From contig NEEC01000066.1 of NCBI GenBank assembly GCA_002189035.1, positions 1 to 50,036 of the forward strand: a DNA stretch of 50,036 nt, in the 5' to 3' direction. The stretch comes from Utricularia gibba (taxonomy: Eukaryota > Plantae > Magnoliophyta). The translations under genes and the position numbers were made by a program. The notes below the pieces were generated by a model, which ran no database searches, was not told where the DNA came from, and was given only the letters and a program-made list of their open reading frames with translations. Below are positions 24,336 through 36,747 of the stretch, piece after piece (the stretch's first letter is position 1; every line of letters begins with the position of its first letter).

Positions 24336-24799
24336 TCTGTGAATGATTGAGTCAAGAGGAAGCTCCCGCTCTCCAATATTCGTCTTTTTCTACCTTATCA
24401 ACAAACAGCAGCCACATGTGTTTGAAAAAATGTTCACACAAATAATTGGTACGGACTCATTTCAAGCAATAGAAAATTCCAAACGTTCGTTGAGTTTGAT
24501 TGAGTTCTTTATTCTCCTTATTAAGAATTTTTATTGATATACATTATATAAAAATAATGATACTTGTATTATATAGTTTGCATGTAAGCACTAGATTGTG
24601 ATTGTGATTATTTATTTATCTTCTTTTATTTTTATTTTCATGTATTATATAGATCTGGCTTCACACGCTGCCTGCCTTTGCCAAAGATGATCAACTACTC
24701 CATTTGCTGTCTTCTTGTGGTATTACATCATTGTAGTCACGCCCATCTCCATCGCATCCTTCCATGCTCATCATCATTGTTTTTAACACTGCAAACCCA

Positions 24800-24839
24800 T
24801 CAGGGCTCCTCTGAGCAGGAATCTGCATCCTCTTCCTCT

Positions 24840-24871
<32 letters not shown>

Positions 24872-25202
24872 TTCTTCTTCTTCTTCTTCTTCTTCTTCTT
24901 CTTCTTCTTCTTCTTCCTCCAATGTCAACAATTTATCACCAACCATGACATAGAAGTCCTCATCTGCCCAATCATACCTCCTTTCTCTTAATATTTTCTT
25001 GGCTGCTATAATGGTCGAGGCTCTGCAATGCCTTAACTGAATTGACGATAGCGTTGTAATATTGCATGTAATCTCACAGATATTGCTCCTCCCACTTATT
25101 TGAAGACTTAGTAGCTGGGGAAATTGCTCTTTTTCCACTTTCAAGGACTTGAGACCACATGGATAATGAATCCTTAATTCTTTCAGTTTGGTAAATTTTC
25201 CT
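24800..25202 (-). pseudogene. NLR terminal LRR module with poly-Glu tail (copy 2)
   Basis: Duplicate of 13238-13658, but the tail reads (E)n-DADSCSEEP*. Confidence 0.85.
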
Positions 25203-25326
25203 ATATATAACTTTCACCAAATGAAACATATCATTCAATAATACGTAAATTGATAACAAAATCATGTCCTATCATTTTCCCATGGATTTCAAACAATTTA
25301 ACAAAAAGTATACTTTGATGGATTTT

Positions 25327-28300
25327 TTAAAAATTTAACACTTCTTTTTTTTCTTTTTCTTCATCTTCTTCTTCCTCCAATGTCAATAACTTGTCATTAA
25401 CCATGACATAGAAGTCCTCATCTGCCCAATCATACCTCCTTTCTCTTAATATCTTCTTGGCTGATCTAATGATCGTGGCTTGGCAACTCCGTAAATGAAT
25501 TGATGATAGCGTTGTAATATTACATGTAATATCACAAATATCGTCCCGCACTCCTACTATTCGAAGAGTTAGTAGCTGGGGAAATTGCTCTTCTTCCACT
25601 TTCAAGGACTTCAGACCAATCGGACAAAGAATCACTAAGTGTTTCAATTTGGTAAATTGTCCTTCGGACAGATTGCACCAATCCTCATTTTCAAATTTGC
25701 AGAAATTGAATTCCAGCACCTCCAGATTGTGCAACTCCATAATCGTTCTCGTTCGAGCTTCATCAATTAAAATGTGACAGAGTTCCAATTCCCTGAGCAA
25801 ACTTGGAAGGGGGATCCATCCCATTCATTGCACATCCTTATGACCTTCAGATTTGGAAATCGGACTGCAGTATTAGAATACCGTTTGGGCATAGGAGACC
25901 CTTCTCTATAGCCAATCATCCTTCTTTCAAAGAGGAAAAAGTGTTCTCGTTGCCGGTCTTTGTGAAATCCACTTAGATACTTGATTACGTCTTTGTAACT
26001 ACGCCATGTCATGTCATATAGTTGTGTACACATCATCATTTCAAGCAATGGAAACTCTTCATCTTCCAATCCTTCTCTAAAGAAAAGCATAGAAGGTCTA
26101 CAAATCTGCCAAACTCTCTTTGACCAATCAAACTGCATCCTTCCATCCATCTCTACATAAAAGTTGTTATCCCCCAAACTCCGCTTCTTCTCCAATATTT
26201 CCATCGCCCATTGGACAGTAGACTCTCCACAACCTTCCAATCTGATCGACTGCAAGGATGAATCATCACAAATATAAAAGGATGCATAAGGAACATTGTG
26301 TAGCCAAAGCCTTTCAAGTCGAGGACAATCAATCTCAAGACGACGATTCCCGCCATAGTCAGAAAGCCAACAATTCCCCCCATAGTCAGAAATTCCCAAG
26401 TATCTCAAACTATGTGATCCTACTAGGGTGTTTCCTAGATAGCAAAATCGGAGAGCCAAATGCTCAAGATTAGGCATATCCCGAATAGCACTTTGGATTG
26501 ACTCCGTGAAGCCATCACAACATATTCCCAATCTCTTGATCGATTTGGGCAAGGAAGGTTTATCCGAAACATACATCCTGGAATCTATACCAATTAATTG
26601 TTCCAGCACCATGTCCTCCTCATCTTGATTAGGCAAATCATCTAAAAATTTAAGTTGTGGCATCATCCTACATGAGTGTTTTTCATAACCAAAATACTGA
26701 TGAACATTCCATAGCAGATTTCCTGGAAAATGATATTGCGCAAGTGATTCAAAAGGAATAATATCCTTATTCATTCCATGAAAATGCAGAACATTGATTT
26801 CTTCACACCCAGATATGTTGCTAACTGAGAAAGTAGGATGCAGAAGCACTCCATAAATAAAGAGCTCCATTGCGACCACCTTGTTGCATTCAAGGCAAAG
26901 TTGTGTGTACATATAATCGTTAGTTATCATAGAATGTATCTTATGAAAGATTCTGCCGTAACAGGGCCTTGTACTACTACTGCTCATGGGGACAATGTGA
27001 CAAAACCCCATAAAATAAGTAGTGGAGCAATCCACACATCTCATCGCTTGAATATTGACAGACGATTTCTTTTTTCTAAGGAAAAATATATCCATTCCTA
27101 CTGCCACGCCACACACACATTCTCAATAGATGATTCCTTCCGACATAGCTCAAGCAATAGATCATGCACTCCAATAGATTCAACTTCCATTAAATCATTA
27201 TATTTCCTAAAAAACACCATGTTCCTTCCAATAATATCTTCCAAGTAATCTAACGCAATCTCCTCCATCCCTCGATCTTTTTCCGGTCTTATTATTGCCC
27301 CAACAATCCATGACCGTATTAAATCACCAACGTGGATAACTTCATCTTCAGCATAATATGAAAAACTAAGAAAGCATAATTTGAGATGAAGCGGAAGGTT
27401 ATCATAGCTCAAGTATAATGTTTTCATACAACGCTCATCATCTTCCAAACTCAATAAGGATGTAACAGCATCTGCAACATTCCTCCAGAATTGCAAACTC
27501 ATGTCAGATTTTGAGAGAAGCCCACTGATTGTGACAATTGATAAAGGAAGTCCTTTGCAATTTCGAGCGATCTCTCTTCCGATTCCTTGGAGCTCATCCG
27601 GACATGTGACTTTTTTAGACAATAATTCCCAACTTGCCTCTTCATCTAATAAATCCATTTGGTGAATAAGTGCAGGGGAAAGAGATTTAGCAACACTTAA
27701 CTCCCTTGTGGTCACAATAATCCGACTTCTGTTATTCCTATTAGGAAAGTGTACTACTAATTCTTCCCAAGCTTTAGGACTCCATAAATCATCCAATGCG
27801 ATCAAGTACCTATAATCAAATAGCTTATGATATAACATAGTCCCCAAATCTCTTACCTCTTGAGTTATCCCCAAATCTCTTATCTCTTGAGTGTTTTTAT
27901 CACCTACCATATCTTGAAGTATTTTTCGTACATCATATTCCTGAGAAACAATGACCCAATAGTGTTTGTCGAAGTGATTCCTAGTCACTGAAAAATCCTC
28001 ATAAACTTTTCGTGCTAAAGCCGTTTTTCCACTACCAACCATGCCGACGATGGTTGTAACCTATAGAGCTTTGACATGATTGATAAGTTTTTTCCTTATC
28101 TTTTGAAGGGGACACTCAATTCCCACTAGAGTTGCTTCCTTTGCCTTCTTATTTGGAAGATGATCCCCTTCCTCCTTGGTACTCCTCAAGGAGCTTGATG
28201 ATTCTTCCCGAATACTTGCTGGTTGGAGTGTCATCATTTTTAGTTCTTCACTCAAAAGGTCAATATCTCGATTGATATCAAGCATGGCTTTGCTAAATTC

Positions 28301-28603
28301 TTCCCCACCAAGATGAATATCATGCACTTTTTGATCAACAACATTATAATCAAGGATATTACTGCAATCGAAGGCATAATTGTTGAATCTTTGACACATG
28401 TCTCTTACCTCTCGAGTCACATCCCTTGACTTGAGGCTTTCCAGTAACTTCATCCAAGAACGAATCTTGTCTTCAAAATCACAGATCTGCTTTAGATCAA
28501 CTGCTAGCAGTTTATTGTTGTGGTGCACCTGCACGGATTGGAGAAGCTGCAAAAGACGTAGCGCAGAGTAATAAGCAGATACCATTCCTGGATCCTCTTC
28601 CAT
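25327..28603 (-). pseudogene. CC-NB-ARC-LRR (NLR-A, copy 2), disrupted
   Basis: ORFs 28061-28609, 27098-28042, 25767-27116 and 25327-25824. Shares the TAG at 28061-28063, the GTGGC duplication at ~27105 and the 1-nt deletion at ~25810 with copy 1. Confidence 0.92.
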
Positions 28604-29288
28604 CGCCAATCACCAAACAAGATTAGTGACTGATTGGGTGCTGATCTGTAATTCTGCCCTGTATAGAAGAAAGATGTACCCCCAGAAATACTCCCCAGTT
28701 TTGCATATAAGAAGAAATAGGTTCCTTGGAATGAAGAGAAGCTATGGGTTGCAAATGACTTGACTCAAGTCTTCTACTCATCTTCACACGTCTCTGGTAT
28801 CTTATCTCTGAAAATTTTATCACCAAATAGCAGCCAATTATTGTGAAAGAAGAGAAGCCAGGGACTCGGTCAAGATACATATTTCTTAAAGGAAAAATGG
28901 GGATCAATTCATATTAATCAATTATTTGCTCTGTATCAGTTGCTGTCAGTAGTTCACATTGCTGGTTCAGTTGTACGGTCCCAAGAAGCTGTACAAGACG
29001 AAGCACAGACTAAAAATCAGCTGATGCTAATAGTTTCTCACCCTCTGTTTCCATCGCTCATCACCACCATCAACAACAGCAAGTTATGGCTCTGCAACGT
29101 CATCGATAAATTTAGAAGAATAATGTATTTCATTTAAACTGTCACTAAAGAACATGCTTCTCATCCAATAAGCAAACCCCAACTGTATAGTGTAGTATTC
29201 CAATGCGACTGACAGCATTAAAACATAGACGATGAGATATTCAATTTAATTTACAAAGAATAATGTATTTTTGGCACATTTTGTAAAT

Positions 29289-29637
29289 TCAAGATGAACA
29301 TTTGTGCTTCAAGTTGTCCATAAGCTGATCGAAGTTCCGATGGGAAGCACCACGCATGATGTTCTTCACACCTTCCGCGTTCTGCTTCAATTCATTGCTG
29401 GCAAACAGCCTCTTGATCTTTTCTGCGACTTCCCTTCTATCAAGAAAGTTGCCATCGCAGATATCCAGCCCGATACTCCAGCCTTCAACTACCAGCTTCC
29501 TGTTAGTGACCTTCGTCGAATTCCATCCGTTGCATGTCAAGAATCTTCCCACTCTCATTCAGAGTATTCCCATCTTTGGAGAAAACGCCAGTCCTAAGAA
29601 CCAAAATGAAGTCCACTTCAAACATTCATCTTCGGAA
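29289..29637 (-). pseudogene. UGT C-terminal fragment (copy 2)
   Basis: Duplicate of 17742-18090. Confidence 0.75.
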
Positions 29638-29667
29638 TAGAAAGGATTTTACTATTTTCAGATTGGA

Positions 29668-30090
29668 TTAAATACAGAAATTACAAAGAAAAAAAAACTT
29701 GAAAAGCATTTGTCTCCATCGCCATCCAACCACTTCCTCCTTGGTGCTCCTGGAGGAACTAGATGATTCTTCCCGAATGCTCATTAGTTCTTCTATCAAC
29801 ATCACTAATTCTTCATAGAAAGTATGCACAGCTATACCAAACTCAACGCCATACACTCCACACTTTTGATCAACAACGTGATAGTCGATCATGTTACTCC
29901 AGTTGAAGGCACAATGGCTGAACCTTTGCAACAGGGCTTTTATACCTGGGGTAATTGCCATGAGACTTTCCAATAATTCTATCCAAGCATGAATCTTGTC
30001 TCGAAAACCATGTATCTGCTCCATATCAACGGCAAGCAGTTTATATTTGTTGTGCACTTGCAAGGATTCAAGAAGCTGCAGGAGATGCAT
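29668..30090 (-). pseudogene. CC-only NLR fragment fused to a copia LTR (copy 2)
   Basis: Duplicate of 18121-18543. Confidence 0.8.
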
Positions 30091-32581
30091 GATAGGATAT
30101 CTCGAGACCAACCCAGAACCAGTGTAAACCAGATTAACTAAATCGCCTAATCTTGCAAGAAAATGAGTCAAGGGGGTCGATCAGAACACAGAAATTTTAA
30201 CGAGGAAAACCCAAATGGGAAAAACCTCGGGTGCTTCCACACCAGGACGAAAAACTCTCCACTATCACCGCAAAATTACAGGAACAAGAACAATTCCAAG
30301 CAAGATTCAGAATCTGACAATCACAGCATGATTCTGAATCTGTACAAGCATAGTACCCGCTGCACCTGAGTCAAAGCACCTATGTGTAACGCTATGTGAG
30401 AGCTTCAGAACGTTGATCGTCCTTCTCCAGATTTTTTCATCTGATCCTGAAGCATTGGTGATACCCCTTTAGTACCCGAGTTGTCCAGTTTTTTTGGAAC
30501 CGCAGTCTACTTAACCAGTGCAGAGTTCATAACCGTTTGATAGTTATCCTTAGCAGGCCGGGTCCTTGGATGGGTCAGCTAGATACGGGCCAGGTCGACC
30601 CATATGTATTTGAGACGGCCCACTACAAATCTCCGTCTCCAGCTGAGCTCATCCGGGGCAGAGTCTTTATTTACAAATGCCTGCAGGACATGAATTTTCC
30701 TGATGGTAGTAATTTGGTCAAAGCATCTGCAACATTCTTTTCAGTCTCTATTTTCTGTAGCTCAACTTCATTGTCTTCCAATACTTCTCTGATCCAGTGC
30801 CACCTTTGATCAATGTGCCACCTTTGATCAATGTGCTTAGTTCTAGCATGGAAAGTAGAGTTCTTATTGAGTTGGATTGCACTCTGGCTATCACAGAACA
30901 CAGTTGGTTTCTTATCCAGAAAACCAATCTCGGTCAGGAACCTTCCAGTCCAAAGCGCCTCTTTCAATGCTTCAATCAATGCCATGTATTCAGATTCGGT
31001 GGTTGACAAGGCCACAGTTTTTTGGAGTTTCGAACTCCAGGTTACAACACCCCCTCCCATGATAGTGATCAGACCGGTGGTTGATTTTCTTGTGTCTGGT
31101 TCCCCTCCAAGATCAGCATCCACATACACTTTAAATGCTATATCTTCTCCACCATAGCACAACTTATAGTCTTTGGTTCCCTTCATATATCTCATCATCC
31201 ATTTGACACCATCCCAGTGTAGTTTTCCAGGGTCAGCTAGGAACCTGCTAACAGTACTTGCAGCAAAGCTGATATCAAGCCTCGTGCACACCATCAGATA
31301 CATAATGGAACCCACAATGGAGGCATAGGGGACTCTGGCCATTAAATTTCTTTCTAGTTCATCTTGTGGCCCATTGCCTTTGAAAATTTTAGATGGCCTC
31401 GTAAAGGAGATATCACTATCTTAGCCTGTTCAACATTTGCCTTTTTCAGTATCTGATCAATGTAATCCCTTTGAGATAGAGCTAAGGTTGTTTGGGATCT
31501 GTTTCTGCTGATGTTAATTCCCAAAATCTTCCTAGCTGGTCCAAGATCCTTCATACAAAATTCCTTTACCATCTGTTCTTTCAGCTCAACAATTCTGTGC
31601 CTGCAGGGACTAGCTACCAACATGTCATCCACGTAAAGCAACAAAATTAAATAATCATTTTCACCATAATGTTTCCAGTAAGCACATTGATCTCCTGAGG
31701 ATCTGTGGAAATTATTCTTGGCCATAAAGCTATCGAATTTTAAGTAGCACTGCCTTGGAGCTTGTTTAAGGCCATAGAGGCTCCTTTTTAATTTGCAAAC
31801 AAGTTTCTCCTTGCCAGGTTCTTCAAATCCTTCCACTTGCTTCATATAGATTTCTTCCAGCAGGTCTTCGTGTAGGAAGGCTATTTTGATGTCTAGTTGC
31901 TCAAGTTCCCAATCCAGGCAGGCTGTTAGTGACAGAATAATTCACACAGTGGCCAGCTTAACCACGGGAGAAAAGATTTCTTCGAAATCCAGTCCAACCT
32001 TTTGCTTAAAACCTTTAACTACCACTCTTGCCTTATGTCTAATTGATCCATCTGAGTTTAGCTTCAGTTTAAAAATCCATCGATTATCCAAGGCTTGTCT
32101 GCCTGCAAGAAGCACCATAAGATCATAAATGTTGTTGGCCCATATGGAATTCATCTCCTCATTCATGGCCTCCAACCATTTATCCTTATCGGGTAGAAGC
32201 ATGGCTTTGGTCAGTGTTTCAGGTTCTCCTTGCTCTATCATCAACTCATATTCTTTTGCAGGGTATCTAGTTGATGGGATGGGTCTTCTTTCTGATCTTC
32301 TAGTCCTGAATTGATCCCTATCCATGTCAGGGTTATTCAATTCTCCAGAGTCCTGATCTTCACAGGGAGTTTTTGTCTCCAAATTCCTCAAGAATTCTGC
32401 TTCTGTTCTCAAGGGCAGTGAGACAAGTTGACTTCCTTCAGCAGCAGGGATGTCTAACACGGTTTGATCTTCGAAGAACTTTACATCTCTCGACCTTATC
32501 ACTTTATTTCCAGCTGAATCCCATAGTCTATAGCCCATTTGATCCTCCCATAGCCTAATAGAACACACGGCTTGGATTCAT
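30086..32581 (-). mobile_element. Truncated Ty1/copia element (copy 2)
   Basis: Duplicate of 18539-21035 with an extra 1-nt deletion at ~31368 (GGCCC vs GGCCCC) that splits the RT ORF. Confidence 0.9.
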
Positions 32582-33606
32582 CCACAACCTGTGGATGCAA
32601 CATGTCGTGAAGAAAAAGTTTGACTTAGAAATGATTGAAAAGTGGTGTGTGAGGCACTCGTTACGTCTTCTTAACAATTAACATGAAGTAAGCTTTTTTA
32701 TACATATATATTTCTCATTTGCCATTAGAATATATGTCACTTTGAATTATCTCTATATGTTGTAGTAGTCACTACATCTTTGCCATATTATGCAATCTTG
32801 GAGAGAAATACCAACAGTGTATTCTTATCTTGGATTCAATGCATAGCATGTCGAATCATATAACAATTAACTTTCGAAAGTAAGTAGTGTGTTTTAATAC
32901 CTTGTGCTATATTGTGTTTTATTCTTAATCTCTGATAATATTTTTTATATGCATGATCTATAGATTAGTGAATTCTATATTTAAAGTGAATGGTTGAGAT
33001 GATGATTGTGTGAAGGAACTTGAGTTGTCTATTTTTTTGCCAGAGGTTCGTATGACTTTGTTAATATTATTTTTTCTCTTATTTTAACGTTAATCAATAT
33101 ATATGTCCCTAAATAAAAGGGTGCAACTGAGTGCAAGATTTATATGTTATACTATGTGTATTTTTTCTTCCAACAAGCTCCCAACCTTTATACTATTGAA
33201 ATATGCCCTTTGTTTGTAAGTAATTATCAAAATTTATTATTTATTTTATTAGTAGATACTAAGTACTATTATGTTTCTATAGATCGTATATGATTGATTC
33301 GTTGAAGAAGATGTTTGTGAATTTACAGAATTGATGGAGATTCCTCGTCGATCTAGAAGCAGCCGGGTAAGTAAACCTTCCAAAAAAATGTAAACATTGA
33401 ACTTGTTTGTTGATATGAGATTTTAGACTTCTTTATTTACCTTTGACACTATTTATGCATAATATTTTTTTCTTTAAAATTTTTAAACAAATATCACATG
33501 AGCAATCATAATATGCTTATTTATATTTATGCAAACATCATATGATAGTGTAAGGATCATGTCCTTCCTTAGACTTGTCTCGAGCATTTCTCAGTCCCAA
33601 GTCCAC

Positions 33607-34721
33607 ACTGTTTATTAGCGCTCAATCTGAATTTCTTGTAAGTATAGAGCGCTAATAAACCTCAAGGCCACACGGGCATCCTTTTTATTTATTAGCGCTC
33701 GATCCAAATCATGTGGCCTTTCTCTTAGCGCTGGATTCTTACACACGGTTCAGATCGAGCACTGATGAATCTGTAAGCAACACGGGCATGGTTTATGCGT
33801 AAACCACACCCGTGTGGCCTTGTCGCGCTGTTGGGTGTGCATATGGGTATCGTTTATGATACACGCTCGATTCGAATCATTTCTAAGGGTTGAATGCTAA
33901 TAAAATTAAAAACTAAAAAACTTTCATATTTATTATATGGTTTAATAAATAACATATTTACATTATTTATATTTTAAGAAACAAATATCTTATTTTTAAA
34001 ATATTTTTTTTTTGTAATTCTTGCATTTGTCATGTTATCGTATGTTTAGAAATAAATATGATGTATAAAAATGTTGATAATAATTTTAAATTCACATTGC
34101 AACGACATCATGAGTTCGAATCGTAGTGGGTTGATACAATGAATATTCGGATTGACTATTGTGCCCATATCTACAAGGCACTTATTGGTCAATATTTATT
34201 TCAAAAAGTATTCAATTTGTTTAAAATTTTGAAAAACTTTATAGGTTATTTATGCCAATTCAATAAACTTATTAGATTAATTCTGTTAATTTGTCACACT
34301 TTATAGGTTAAATATGCGGATTTAACGAATCTTAAGGATCAACAATGTCAAATTATTAAACTGTAAAGGTCAAATATGTCAAATTATTGGGTTGAATATA
34401 CTAACTGAATACTAAATATGGGATCAACAGTAAATTTATTGGGTCAAACGGACTCCATTGTAAACTTTTATAACTTTTCATTGGGTCAAATATACCCCAT
34501 TATAATATTTTATGAGTTAAAATATCAAAATTGAATTTTTTATGAGTCAAATATGTCATACAATAAATTTTTTACAGGTCAAATATATCATTTTGTAAAT
34601 ATTTTGGATCACATATGCGGAACTGGTATCGATTCAGATCAAATATGCCGAACTGATCATTTTGTTATGGGTCAAAAATGCTAAAATTTCAAAATTTTAG
34701 GTCACAAATGTCAACACCCTC
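33607..34721. mobile_element. Truncated MULE (copy 2)
   Basis: Duplicate of 22060-23174. Confidence 0.75.
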
Positions 34722-34862
34722 TTATCATCTTCCATATATTGAAGTATTTTTCGTACATCATATTCTTGAGAAATAGTGATCCAATAGCATTTGTCGAAGT
34801 GCGTCCTAGTCACTGAAAAATCCTTGTAAACTTTTCGTGCTAAAGTTGTTTTGCCACTACCA
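34722..34862 (-). pseudogene. Isolated NB-ARC fragment (copy 2)
   Basis: Duplicate of 23175-23315. Confidence 0.85.
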
Positions 34863-34965
34863 ATTTACAATGCCCCAGATGCGGAGTTGTGAAGCAGCAT
34901 CCGTCTGCCGTCGCCATCGCCGGCAACTGCTTAATTCTTGGTGTAGTGCCGATCTGCAATAGTAG

Positions 34966-36747
34966 CTTCAGCAATGTGATCGCTTTGTAAAGGAAATGGA
35001 AACCGAAAGCATTCATCTTGGGAGTACTTCATGGATGTAGATAAATAAGATAATTTTGCTTTTATGTTCTATAAAGATAATCTTTTTTCCCAATTTATTT
35101 AATTGCATTTTCAACCCTTTTTATTATTGATTTTCCATTTGATTTAAAATAATGGTGCTTTTTATGTTTTCCAACTTTTTTTCTCTTTATAATTTTGTTG
35201 GGCTTGATGTTTTAAATTTAATAAATACAGTATCATCATCTTTACATCAAAATAAGTTTCTCTAAAATATTTTTATATCACTTTCAATTTATTAATCAAA
35301 AATATTTTTTTCAAAACATCTCTTTAATAAAACATATTGATGTCTTATTCATATATTTCTATTAAAACATTTTCCTATATATAACTTTCACCAAATGAAA
35401 CATATCATTCAATAATACGTAAATTGATAACAAAATCATGTCCTATCATTTTCCCATGGATTTTGCTCTGCTCCCACCTTCAAATACTTGAGAGCATCTG
35501 GACGATTGATCTCCAACTTTTTCAGTTTGCTAAATCGCCCTGGGGACAGATTGCACCATTCCTCATTCACAAATGTGCAAGCCGAGAATCGCAGCTCCTC
35601 GAGATTGCACAACTCAATAATAAAGTGCCACAGAGATTCAATTTCTTGAGCAAACTTGGGAGGGGGGATCCATCCCATGCCGCCCTCATTCTTATGACCT
35701 TCAGATTTGGATGAAAGAGTTTAGATGCAGGATGGAATCTTGGGTTTGGAGGAAGGAGGAACGAGCGTTCTTGTTGCTGTGCTTTGTCAAATCTGCTTTG
35801 ATACTCGATTACATCACTGTAATTATTCCTTCCCGCATCATATCTTTGCATACCCATCATCATCATTTCAAGCAATGCAGCGTCTGTGAATGATTGAGTC
35901 AAGAGGAAGCTCCCGCTCTCCAATATTCGTCTTTTTCTACCTTATCAACAAACAGCAGCCACATGTGTTTGAAAAAATGTTCACACAAATAATTGGTACG
36001 GACTCATTTCAAGCAATAGAAAATTCCAAACGTTCGTTGAGTTTGATTGAGTTCTTTATTCTCCTTATTAAGAATTTTTATTGATATACATTATATAAAA
36101 ATAATGATACTTGTATTATATAGTTTGCATGTAAGCACTAGATTGTGATTGTGATTATTTATTTATCTTCTTTTATTTTTATTTTCATGTATTATATAGA
36201 TCTGGCTTCACACGCTGCCTGCCTTTGCCAAAGATGATCAACTACTCCATTTGCTGTCTTCTTGTGGTATTACATCATTGTAGTCACGCCCATCTCCATC
36301 GCATCCTTCCATGCTCATCATCATTGTTTTTAACACTGCAAACCCATCAGGGCTCCTCTGAGCAGGAATCTGCATCCTCTTCCTCTTCTTCTTCTCTTCT
36401 TCTTCTTCTTCTCTTCTTCTTCTTCTTCTTCTTCTTCTTCTTCTTCTTCTTCTTCTTCTTCCTCCAATGTCAACAATTTATCACCAACCATGACATAGAA
36501 GTCCTCATCTGCCCAATCATACCTCCTTTCTCTTAATATTTTCTTGGCTGCTATAATGGTCGAGGCTCTGCAATGCCTTAACTGAATTGACGATAGCGTT
36601 GTAATATTGCATGTAATCTCACAGATATTGCTCCTCCCACTTATTTGAAGACTTAGTAGCTGGGGAAATTGCTCTTTTTCCACTTTCAAGGACTTGAGAC
36701 CACATGGATAATGAATCCTTAATTCTTTCAGTTTGGTAAATTTTCCT
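34966..36747. repeat. Partial third copy of the tandem unit (~1.8 kb)
   Basis: Matches 11875-13658, then diverges at ATTTTCCT and continues into the LRR of the NLR at 36330-38618. Confidence 0.9.
35462..35882 (-). pseudogene. NLR LRR fragment fused to NLR upstream sequence (copy 3)
   Basis: Duplicate of 12370-12790. Confidence 0.8.

Larger units (their letters stand above)
23419..34965. repeat. Tandem segmental duplication, unit 2
   Basis: Near-identical to 11875-23418. Confidence 0.95.
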
